This document shows, piece after piece, positions 29,992-38,276 of a stretch of DNA of 64,000 bases. Positions within the stretch are counted from its first letter, which is position 1; every line of letters starts with the position of its first letter. Made by a program: the position numbers and the translations under genes. The DNA comes from Alphaproteobacteria bacterium (GTDB lineage Bacteria > Pseudomonadota > Alphaproteobacteria > JBFXJJ01). Under the pieces are notes generated by a model. It was not told where the DNA came from and did no database searches. It saw only the letters and a program-made list of their open reading frames with translations. The stretch lies in contig JBFXJJ010000003.1 of assembly GCA_050175015.1 (NCBI GenBank), positions 145,998-209,997 of the forward strand. Reading direction: 5' to 3'.

Positions 29992-31137
29992 CTAAATTCT
30001 AACTCCTAATAGGCGGATTAAAGCAGTTTCGCAAGGAACAGATTCATTTAAGGCAATCATATGACCTAGGCCTTGAGCTTCGAGTTTACCAATTTCGTCA
30101 ACGACTAATATATCGGCATTTTTGCGGGCATCTATAATTGTTTTTTTAGCATAACTCCAAGCATCATCATAAAAGTCAAACCAGAGTCCATTTTTTGCAG
30201 GAGTTTCTCGGCGGCGAGCTAGTGGTATATGTTCACCTGTTGCGACATTCTCAACGTCATATCCTGAAGAATCAAAATCACCATTAAGCGAAGGTTGTAA
30301 AATGCCGCCAACTTTAAAACCTTGTTGCGATAATTCCGAAACAACACGTTTTAAAAAGCTGGTTTTTCCGCTTCTTTTCTCGCCTTTTATTTCTAAAGTA
30401 AAAGGAGGAACGTCAGGAAGAAGAGGCTTAATTTCCTCCCAATTATCTTTAGTATTAAGGTTAAAACTTCCAAAATCATTAGAGTATGGTAAGGCAAAGC
30501 CAATTTTATCCATAATATTATCAAAACGAGCTGTTTGAGGGGTTTCTTTTAAAACGTCTAATGCCGTTGTTTGAGACAACCAGACAGGCTGAATCTTAGT
30601 ATTGTTTTTTTCATAGAATAACGCATTATGATTGCTGTTATAAGCGGCATTACAAAGAGTGTGCCAAGAAGATATTTGGCAGGATATACGATCAACGGCG
30701 TGAAATAAAATGCCTTTTTCCAAATCATTTTTAAAAAAGCGTATTCCGGCCTGAACCGAAGAGAATGGTCCTTGTTCATAATCGTTATTAACGACAATAG
30801 AGAGATTTAAACTGCCGAGTTTAACATCGCACGGGGGCGTCAAACCATTTAAAAAGCTAAGTTCTTCAAAATAAGAGGATATATGATGCCCGAGCACGAT
30901 AACCGCTTTTTTTCCTCCGGCTCTACGAAAAACATCAAGCAGCAACATAATTAATGGCCGGTCTTGATGTTTTAAGAGCCCCTTAGGATATCCCATACGG
31001 CTTGATTTACCTCCTGCCATAATAATTAATGGCGGTAAATCATTAGCACTAATCAAGGATTTTATTGATGTTCTCACTTCTTCCCAGTGTGATAACATTA
31101 TGTTCCTTTGTTTTTCTGCTAGTTTCACGAGAGCCAA
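29992..31137 (-). CDS. Fusion: MocA/YgfJ-like molybdenum-cofactor nucleotidyltransferase + P-loop NTPase (THEP1/MobB/YqeC-like)
   Basis: N-terminal LIIMAGGKSSRMGYPKGLL (MobA-like NTP-transferase). C-terminal Walker A GEKRSGKTSFLKR and Walker B LVVDEIGKLE. Confidence 0.6.
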   Translation of the reverse strand: MALVKLAEKQRNIMLSHWEEVRTSIKSLISANDLPPLIIMAGGKSSRMGYPKGLLKHQDRPLIMLLLDVFRRAGGKKAVIVLGHHISSYFEELSFLNGLTPPCDVKLGSLNLSIVVNNDYEQGPFSSVQAGIRFFKNDLEKGILFHAVDRISCQISSWHTLCNAAYNSNHNALFYEKNNTKIQPVWLSQTTALDVLKETPQTARFDNIMDKIGFALPYSNDFGSFNLNTKDNWEEIKPLLPDVPPFTLEIKGEKRSGKTSFLKRVVSELSQQGFKVGGILQPSLNGDFDSSGYDVENVATGEHIPLARRRETPAKNGLWFDFYDDAWSYAKKTIIDARKNADILVVDEIGKLEAQGLGHMIALNESVPCETALIRLLGVRI

Positions 31138-32590
31138 TACCTGTCAGCAAAAGACCAATGTTTTCATTAGAGTTTATTAATCCTTTAGTTGCCATTTCGA
31201 TAACAGCGGCAACGCTAGCGGTTCCTGTAGCCGAAACATTAATATTAGTTGCTTTTTTGGTAAGCTTGTTTGCTTTATCTAAAGTTTTTTCATCTGCGAT
31301 TAATGGTAAACCTCCAGATTCAAGCATACCGATTACGACTTCTAAGCCATCATACGTCGTATCGTCTAAGATGCCTTCCGCTATGCTTTCAGGAACATTG
31401 TCAGCCCAAGCTTTAAAGAAATTACTGCGCTGTGCAGCAACATCAAGTAAGACTTTTTGTAAGGCTTGGTTTGATGAAAAGTTAGAAGACAGCTCTTTTG
31501 CAAAACTGTTAAGCTCTTGAGGATATTTTTCTAAAATATCTTTAGGATCTATGTCAGTTTCAACGGCGCTTTTTAAATTTTCAGCTAAAGTCACAGCTCC
31601 TTTTAAAGAAGCTTCTTTCAATATCGCAAAGTAAGATTTGGCAAGCGGATAGCAACTTGCAGTCTGCACAGTATAAAATCTAGGCAGTTTTTTTATTATT
31701 CCAAGTTTTAAAAGATTTTGTATGCCATTGATCATAGATTTAGCTAGGCCGCCGCCTCCAATTTGAACAATAAAGGCATCAATGTCTGTTTGATATTTTT
31801 CCATATCAAAGAAAAACTCATAGGCTAAAGGTTCTGCTCCCTCAATGCTTGACCAAATATCATAACCATAGCAAGAAAAGGGAACAAAATTAAGCTTGTT
31901 CAAAGCTTCTCTAAAACGGATATTGCAGGGATCTCCTTCACCAACTTGTCCCTCGCGAGATACTTTTACGACTTTGGCATCTAAATTGGTTAAAAGATTT
32001 TCAATTTTGCTGTCTACATGTTCTGGAACAAAAGTATAAAGAGGATAATCAAAAGCTTTTGCCGCAGCAGAGGCACCTAAAGCTGCATTGCCGCAACTGA
32101 AAATAGCTAAAGGCTTTTTATGTCCGCCTTTTAACATTCTTAATGTTTCCAAGTAGATAATAGAACCGGCTAAATGACGGGATTTATGTGAACCCATAAG
32201 CTGCAGAGTTTCGTTTTTAGCAAAAATATTGCAATCAGCCTTTATTGATTTAGCAAGCTCGTCAGCTTTGAATAATGGCGTTCTAACAAATCCTTTGCTT
32301 GTATTTTTTTCACACATTTTGCTGGCAGTTTTTACCATTTTCTGCCATTCATCAGATTTATTATGAACATTAGCCAAGTGCCAGCTTCCAAGTAGTTCTT
32401 TAAAAGCATTAAAGGACAATTCGCCGCTGTTATAACGATTTCTAATTTCTTCAATTAAATTTTGAGGAAAATCACCATCTTCAAATTTCAAAACAAAAGG
32501 ATGAGACGCTGCCTCGGTACTTTCGGGGCAGCGCAATAATCCTTCTTCCAAATTATATGATTTTCTACAAATTGGACAGTAAAGTTTCAT
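31049..32590 (-). CDS. PLP-dependent fold-type-II enzyme (threonine-synthase-like) with N-terminal Cys-rich zinc-ribbon-like motif
   Basis: GSHKSRH lysine motif (compare tGSFKDRg). Begins CPICRKSYNLEEGLLRCPE. 513 aa. Its start is 1 nt from the upstream gene stop. Confidence 0.5.
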   Translation of the reverse strand: MKLYCPICRKSYNLEEGLLRCPESTEAASHPFVLKFEDGDFPQNLIEEIRNRYNSGELSFNAFKELLGSWHLANVHNKSDEWQKMVKTASKMCEKNTSKGFVRTPLFKADELAKSIKADCNIFAKNETLQLMGSHKSRHLAGSIIYLETLRMLKGGHKKPLAIFSCGNAALGASAAAKAFDYPLYTFVPEHVDSKIENLLTNLDAKVVKVSREGQVGEGDPCNIRFREALNKLNFVPFSCYGYDIWSSIEGAEPLAYEFFFDMEKYQTDIDAFIVQIGGGGLAKSMINGIQNLLKLGIIKKLPRFYTVQTASCYPLAKSYFAILKEASLKGAVTLAENLKSAVETDIDPKDILEKYPQELNSFAKELSSNFSSNQALQKVLLDVAAQRSNFFKAWADNVPESIAEGILDDTTYDGLEVVIGMLESGGLPLIADEKTLDKANKLTKKATNINVSATGTASVAAVIEMATKGLINSNENIGLLLTGIGSRETSRKTKEHNVITLGRSENINKILD

Positions 32591-32591
32591 C

Positions 32592-34058
32592 TTATAAAGC
32601 TTTCAATAGGCCAGTCATATCATTGAATTCACGAATTAAATCGTCCCATTCACTTACTTGAGCGAATATTGAATCCCATGTTTCTGGTTTCCAAAGTTCA
32701 TTCAAATCTTTGCTTTCTTTTCCTTGCTGTTCAACCCAAGTAAAGTATTTCAAGTTATGGATAGCTTTTCTATCATAATATGAAAGTTCTTTTAAGTTGG
32801 ATTTGTCAGCAGCATAGAGGCAAGATTCTAAATCACAATTTCCTCTGATTTCACCATATTCACCATGTTTCTCACGTTCTTCAATGACACGAGAAGTATA
32901 CATTTCGGCAGAATCTGTAAACATTGTGTAGATTACATCGTTTTCATCCATTTCATAATATTTTGCCATTTTGACAGCAGAAACAAGGTTAGAAATAGAT
33001 GAAATACCCATAAGGTTAAGATTTTTGATAACTTCGTCAGAAACACCTCTAGACTTAAGAACTTTGTGTCCAGATGGTTCGTTGAAGAGACGGAGAAGTC
33101 TCATGCAATCTTCATCGTCAATAGCAACAACCATATCAGTATTACGGGAGTTATGAACCCAAGGAACGTGTTTATCACCAATACCTTCAATGCGATGTCC
33201 ACCAAAACCGTTAAGTAACAAAGTTGGGCACTGTAAAGCTTCAGATGCTGCGATTTTGAGGCTTGGAGATACTTTCTTTAAATAATCGCCAGCACCAATA
33301 GTTCCAGCACTTCCTGTCGCACTTACAAAGCCTGAAAGTCTTTTTTGTTTATTAGACAGAGTTCCAAAATGCTCTTCAATAGCTTTAGCTGTAACGTGAT
33401 AGTGCCAAATTGGATTACCAAATTCATCAAATTGATTGAAAATTACGCAGTCTTTACGGTTTTTGCGTATATCCCAGCAAGCGTCATAGATTTCTTTAAC
33501 GTTGCTTTCACATCCCGGAGTCGCAATGATTTCGGCACCGATACTTTTTAACCAATCAAAGCGTTCTCTGCTCATTTCTTCAGGAAGAATAGCAACAGAA
33601 GTACAGCCAAGCAAAGTACCGTCAAAAGCACCGCCACGACAGTAGTTGCCAGTTGATGGCCATACTGCTTTTTGTGTGGTTGGGTCAAATGATCCGCTAA
33701 CTAATCTTGGGGCTAAACAGCCGAAAGCAGCACCAACTTTATGAGCACCAGTTGGAAAATACTTACCAACCATACCAATAATTCTAGCTTTTACGCCGGT
33801 GATTTCTGAAGGAATTTCGAAAGTGTTAACATCGCCATAGAGTTCCGTTTTAGGATCGTTTCTCCAAGTGATACGGAAAAGGTTAATTGGGTTTACATCC
33901 CAAAATCCAACGCCTTTTAATTTTTTCTTGATTTTCTCAGGAATTTTGTCAGGGTGGCGCATTTCCTCAAATGTTGGGACAATAATATTACGTTCACGAC
34001 AACGCTCAACTGTTTTTGCTAGGACCTTTTTATCAATGTTTTCAATTATTTTTTTCAT
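32592..34058 (-). CDS. PLP-dependent fold-type-II enzyme, TrpB/cysteine-synthase-like
   Basis: FPTGAHKVGAAF (compare the TrpB HTGAHKIN lysine motif). 488 aa. First gene of the long operon. Confidence 0.5.
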   Translation of the reverse strand: MKKIIENIDKKVLAKTVERCRERNIIVPTFEEMRHPDKIPEKIKKKLKGVGFWDVNPINLFRITWRNDPKTELYGDVNTFEIPSEITGVKARIIGMVGKYFPTGAHKVGAAFGCLAPRLVSGSFDPTTQKAVWPSTGNYCRGGAFDGTLLGCTSVAILPEEMSRERFDWLKSIGAEIIATPGCESNVKEIYDACWDIRKNRKDCVIFNQFDEFGNPIWHYHVTAKAIEEHFGTLSNKQKRLSGFVSATGSAGTIGAGDYLKKVSPSLKIAASEALQCPTLLLNGFGGHRIEGIGDKHVPWVHNSRNTDMVVAIDDEDCMRLLRLFNEPSGHKVLKSRGVSDEVIKNLNLMGISSISNLVSAVKMAKYYEMDENDVIYTMFTDSAEMYTSRVIEEREKHGEYGEIRGNCDLESCLYAADKSNLKELSYYDRKAIHNLKYFTWVEQQGKESKDLNELWKPETWDSIFAQVSEWDDLIREFNDMTGLLKAL

Positions 34059-34208
34059 AAATTATTAGCTCCAGAAATAAAAATTAAATACTGCGAATGC
34101 AGTGTATTAAGAAAATTAGAACTTAAATATAATAAGATGAGATAAAATAAAGACAAGCTTATTTTACACGTGTCAATAAAACTATTTTTTATAAAAAAAT
34201 TTATAATA

Positions 34209-34577
34209 TTAACGAGGATAACCGACTCTTACGTCTGTGCTATTAATACTTGGTTCAAGGTAGCAGTCTGGCTCGGCAAGAGTTCGATAACAGTATACTT
34301 GAGGTCTTTTACCTGCAGGTTGAGGTTTTTGGCGGCATACTTCGCCATTGTCTATTTGTGCCCGAGGCGTTGAGCAGTCAAGCCCAGTCATCTTTGAAGC
34401 GATATGATCGCCAATTGTTTTTTGAGTTCCCATAACAGAAGCAGCTTCAACTCCGACAAGGGTTGCTGCAGGAGAGAGTCCCAAAGGCATTACACTCGAT
34501 TCTGTAGTCAAAAAACAGCCTGATAATAACAAAAACATTGGAATCATAAGGCTTTTTATTAGGCTTTTTAGAAACAT
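34209..34577 (-). CDS. Small Cys-containing lipoprotein
   Basis: Signal peptide plus lipobox LLLSGC (start taken at MFLKSL). Same strand and upstream of the purine operon. Confidence 0.45.
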   Translation of the reverse strand: MFLKSLIKSLMIPMFLLLSGCFLTTESSVMPLGLSPAATLVGVEAASVMGTQKTIGDHIASKMTGLDCSTPRAQIDNGEVCRQKPQPAGKRPQVYCYRTLAEPDCYLEPSINSTDVRVGYPR

Positions 34578-34733
34578 AGTTTTTGTCCTTGAATTAATGT
34601 ATATGTTTAATTTTACCAACTTAAAATTAACAAAAACCTAATTTAAAAGTTAAAAATTAAAAAATCTTTATAATAAGTTCATCTTCTAGTTTGCGTTCTT
34701 TGACTAACAATACTATTCTTTGGTAAAAATAAT

Positions 34734-35513
34734 TTGTGTTTGTTTTTAGGAGATAGTTTTGTGATAAAGAAACGTAATGAAACAGAAAGCAAAAATCATA
34801 CCAATAATGCCAGCGCTGAAATAGATGCTGTTCAAAGAGCATTCTTTCGTGAAGTCGATGAAGATCTTCAGAGAGAGCAGCTTAAAAAATTCTGGGAAAA
34901 ATATGGAACTTTAGTTGTCGTTGTTGTTATTGCAGGGTTAACTTTTGCCGCTTGTTTTGAGGGTTGGAAAGCTTGGCGCCAAGAAATAAGACAAAGAGAT
35001 TCTCTTGCCTATGAGCGGGCTCAGGATTTTGTTGATGCAAAAGATACCGATAATGCGGTAAGAGCATTGGGAGATGTGGCTGCTAATGCCAGCACAGGTT
35101 ATGCTGTTATTGCTGCTCTGGATAAAGCTTCTTTATTAATTGGCAGCGGCAAAAGAGAAGAAGGTATCGCTGAACTTGAGGCTATTTATAACAATAGAAG
35201 CAATGACAAGGCTTTTAGAGACCTAGCAGCAGTCAAGATAGCAGGATATATTCTTGATGATGGTGATAAAGACAAAATATTGTCATTGATTGATCCGTTG
35301 GTTGAAAATAATTCATCTTGGCGTGCGGTTGCTTTAGAACTTAAAGCGTTGCTTCTTTTAAGAGAAGGCAATAAAGTTGATGCTGTAAACTATTTTAAAA
35401 GTTTAATGAATGACACTGGTGCAACTCAGCAGATAAGAGCTAGAGCAGTTGAAATGGTATCAGTTTTAGAAGATAAAAATATTCAAGAAAAAACTGGTTC
35501 TGATGCCAACTAA
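34734..35513 (+). CDS. YfgM-like membrane-anchored TPR-like protein (ancillary SecYEG/UPF0070 type)
   Basis: KKFWEKYGTLVVVVVIAGL single TM after a short cytoplasmic N-terminus. Conserved position upstream of bamB-der. Confidence 0.55.
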   Translation: MCLFLGDSFVIKKRNETESKNHTNNASAEIDAVQRAFFREVDEDLQREQLKKFWEKYGTLVVVVVIAGLTFAACFEGWKAWRQEIRQRDSLAYERAQDFVDAKDTDNAVRALGDVAANASTGYAVIAALDKASLLIGSGKREEGIAELEAIYNNRSNDKAFRDLAAVKIAGYILDDGDKDKILSLIDPLVENNSSWRAVALELKALLLLREGNKVDAVNYFKSLMNDTGATQQIRARAVEMVSVLEDKNIQEKTGSDAN

Positions 35514-35554
35514 GTGAATTTATATCAAAAAGAATTTTAAGGAAAACCTCCATA

Positions 35555-36883
35555 ATGAATCTCTCAAAAAAGATCCTAGGTTTAATGTTTGTATTACTGC
35601 TTGCTGGTTGTAGTGATACTTGGTTTGGAGAAAAAGACACCGAAAAACTGGAAGGTAAGCGTATTTCTGTTATGCTTTATGGTAAAAAACTTCAAGCTGA
35701 TGTCAAACCTGAAGATTTAGATATTGTTTTACCTGCACCTGAAGTTAATAGTGAATGGCCTCAGTCTGGAGGTTATTCTCATAATGCTATGCAGCATTTA
35801 GCGGTTGCTGATAACATCAAAAAGATGTGGAAAGAAGATGTAGGCAAAGGGGCAGATGCTAGAAACAGGCTTTTAAGTAGACCAATTGTTGGAGATAATA
35901 AAGTTTTTGCTATGGACGTTGATGCTAAGGTTTCGGCGTATGATATTAATAGCGGCAAAAGATTTTGGCAGAAAAAAGTTCTTGATCCTAAAAGATGCAA
36001 AGGCATAACTCTTTTAGGCGGAGGTATGGCTTATAATAAAAATCGTGTCTTTGTGACGACAGGTGTTGGTTTGGTTTCGGCACTAAATGCTAATACAGGA
36101 GAAATCTTATGGGAGAAAAGTGTAGGAGCTCCAGTTAGATCTGCTCCAACATATTATGGCGGCAGAATTTTTGTTGTTAACGTAGATAATAAGCTTGTGG
36201 TTTTAAAGGCAAGTGATGGCAGTGAGCTTTGGAATTATGAAGTTGTTTCTGAGGCGACAACCCTGCTTGGAAGTGCGGCTCCAGCAGTTGATGAAGGGGC
36301 TGTTATTGTTTCTTTTACCTCTGGTGAGGTTTTAGCGTTTAGAGTTGACAGTGGAAACCTTTTGTGGGGTGATAGTGTTAGTTCTGTAAGGAGAACCGAA
36401 GCAACATCTAATATTTCTGACATTGTAGCTAATCCTATCATAGACAGGGGAACGGTTTATGTTATAGGAAATAACAATATGTTAGCAGCTATTGACTTAC
36501 GTTCAGGTGTTAGAATCTGGGAAAAAGAAATAGGAAGTGTTAACCAGCCTTGGGTTGCAGGTGATTATTTGTTTTTGTTGTCGAATAACAATGAATTAAT
36601 GGCATTAGATAAAGAAAATGGCAAGATTCAGTGGATTACGGCTCTTGATGTCTGGGAAAAACCAGAATCGCAAAAGGGCAGAATTTTATGGAAAGGTCCG
36701 ATACTTGTAAGCGACAGGCTTTTGGTTGCTGGAAGTCAGGGCAAAGTACTGGCGGTCTCTCCTTATGATGGTAAAATTTTGGGATTTGAAAAGATTCCAT
36801 CTGGAGCAGCGATGGCTCCTGTTGTCGCCGATGGCAAAATATTCTTTTATACTAATGAAGCTGATTTGATAGAGTTTAAATAA
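35555..36883 (+). CDS. bamB: Outer membrane protein assembly factor BamB (PQQ beta-propeller lipoprotein)
   Basis: Lipobox LLAGCSD. Repeated PQQ-like beta-propeller blades (GxxLW...). Synteny with der. Confidence 0.8.
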   Translation: MNLSKKILGLMFVLLLAGCSDTWFGEKDTEKLEGKRISVMLYGKKLQADVKPEDLDIVLPAPEVNSEWPQSGGYSHNAMQHLAVADNIKKMWKEDVGKGADARNRLLSRPIVGDNKVFAMDVDAKVSAYDINSGKRFWQKKVLDPKRCKGITLLGGGMAYNKNRVFVTTGVGLVSALNANTGEILWEKSVGAPVRSAPTYYGGRIFVVNVDNKLVVLKASDGSELWNYEVVSEATTLLGSAAPAVDEGAVIVSFTSGEVLAFRVDSGNLLWGDSVSSVRRTEATSNISDIVANPIIDRGTVYVIGNNNMLAAIDLRSGVRIWEKEIGSVNQPWVAGDYLFLLSNNNELMALDKENGKIQWITALDVWEKPESQKGRILWKGPILVSDRLLVAGSQGKVLAVSPYDGKILGFEKIPSGAAMAPVVADGKIFFYTNEADLIEFK

Positions 36884-36884
36884 A

Positions 36885-38234
36885 ATGACTTTGAGAGCTG
36901 TAATTGTTGGCAGACCTAATGTCGGCAAATCAACCTTTTTTAATAGATTGTCTGGGAAACGAGAAGCTTTGGTGCACGATCTTCCTGGTGTCACTAGAGA
37001 TTTAAGAGAAACAAAGGTTTCTATCTTAGGAACAGATGTTTTGATTTGTGATACCGCAGGTTTTGAAGAAGCCGCCACAGGAACACTTGAAAATCAAATG
37101 TTTTTGCAGACAAAAAAAGCTGTAGCTGAAGCTGATATTGTTTTGTTTATGTTTGATGCCAGAATAGGAATAACCCCTCAAGATAAATTGTTTGCTGATA
37201 TTGTCAGAGTTGAGGGAAAGCCAATTATTGTTCTTGCTAACAAATCTGAAGCTAAAGATGCTAAAACAGGATATATGGAAGCGTTTAGTTTAGGTTTTGG
37301 CGATCCTATTTGTATTTCCGCAGAACACGGCTTAGGAATAACCGATTTTTTTAGTTCATTGGTGCCGTTTTTAGATAAAGAAGACGAAAAAAAGGAAGAT
37401 TCTGAGGAAAAGGCTGCGCCCGATGAAATATTGCAGCTTGCAATCGTTGGCAGACCTAATGTTGGCAAATCAACTTTGGTAAACGCTCTTCTTAATGATG
37501 AGCGTATGTTAACCAGTGATATTGCTGGAACAACAAGAGATGCAATTCCCGTCGACTGGCAATGGCGTGATCAAAAAATAAGATTGGTCGATACCGCTGG
37601 CATTAGAAAAAATGCTAAAGTCTATGATCCATTAGAAAAACTGTCGGTTTTTTCTGCGATGAAAGCGGTCGATTTTGCTCAAGTTGTTATTTTGGTGCTT
37701 GATGCGGATATGGTTTTAGATAAACAGGATTTGCAAATCGCTAGAAAAGTTGTGGAAGAAGGACGTGCGTTGGTTATAGCCGTTAATAAGTGGGATAACG
37801 TTAAAGATAAAAACGAAACGTTGCAAAAGCTTAATGATAAACTACAAACGTCGTTAGCTCAAATATCAGGTGTCCCTGTTGTTATGATTTCCGCTTTAAA
37901 AAAGAGTGGTTTAGGCAAGCTTATGGAAAATGTTTTTAACGTTTATAAGCTTTGGAACAAAAGAGTTTCAACCGCGAAGCTTAATCAATGGTTTAAAGAA
38001 ATGATAGAAAAGCATCCGCCTCCCAGAGGGAAGCACGCTAAACTGATTAAGCTTAAATATATAACTCAGGCGTCGGCTAGGCCTCCTACGTTTGTAATAT
38101 TTTCTAGCAATCCAGAAAATCTTCCAGAATCATATAATCGCTATTTAATAAATGGTTTAAGTGAGACCTTTAAACTTAAAGGAATACCTATTAGGATTTT
38201 TGTTAGAAAAAGTGACAATCCTTATAATGAATAG
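36885..38234 (+). CDS. der: GTPase Der (EngA), two tandem GTP-binding domains
   Basis: GRPNVGKST appears twice, with DTAG(F/I) motifs and a KH-like C-terminus. Confidence 0.9.
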   Translation: MTLRAVIVGRPNVGKSTFFNRLSGKREALVHDLPGVTRDLRETKVSILGTDVLICDTAGFEEAATGTLENQMFLQTKKAVAEADIVLFMFDARIGITPQDKLFADIVRVEGKPIIVLANKSEAKDAKTGYMEAFSLGFGDPICISAEHGLGITDFFSSLVPFLDKEDEKKEDSEEKAAPDEILQLAIVGRPNVGKSTLVNALLNDERMLTSDIAGTTRDAIPVDWQWRDQKIRLVDTAGIRKNAKVYDPLEKLSVFSAMKAVDFAQVVILVLDADMVLDKQDLQIARKVVEEGRALVIAVNKWDNVKDKNETLQKLNDKLQTSLAQISGVPVVMISALKKSGLGKLMENVFNVYKLWNKRVSTAKLNQWFKEMIEKHPPPRGKHAKLIKLKYITQASARPPTFVIFSSNPENLPESYNRYLINGLSETFKLKGIPIRIFVRKSDNPYNE

Positions 38235-38276
38235 GTGTTTTCTAAAAGCATCATTTTTAAGTAATTTTAAGCTATA

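Noticed and set aside
34090-34103. Small hairpin actgcgaatgcagt plus U-rich tract in the leader just upstream of the operon RBS (minus strand)
   Set aside because: Only a 5-bp stem with a 4-nt loop, too weak to call a terminator or attenuator without folding energy calculations.
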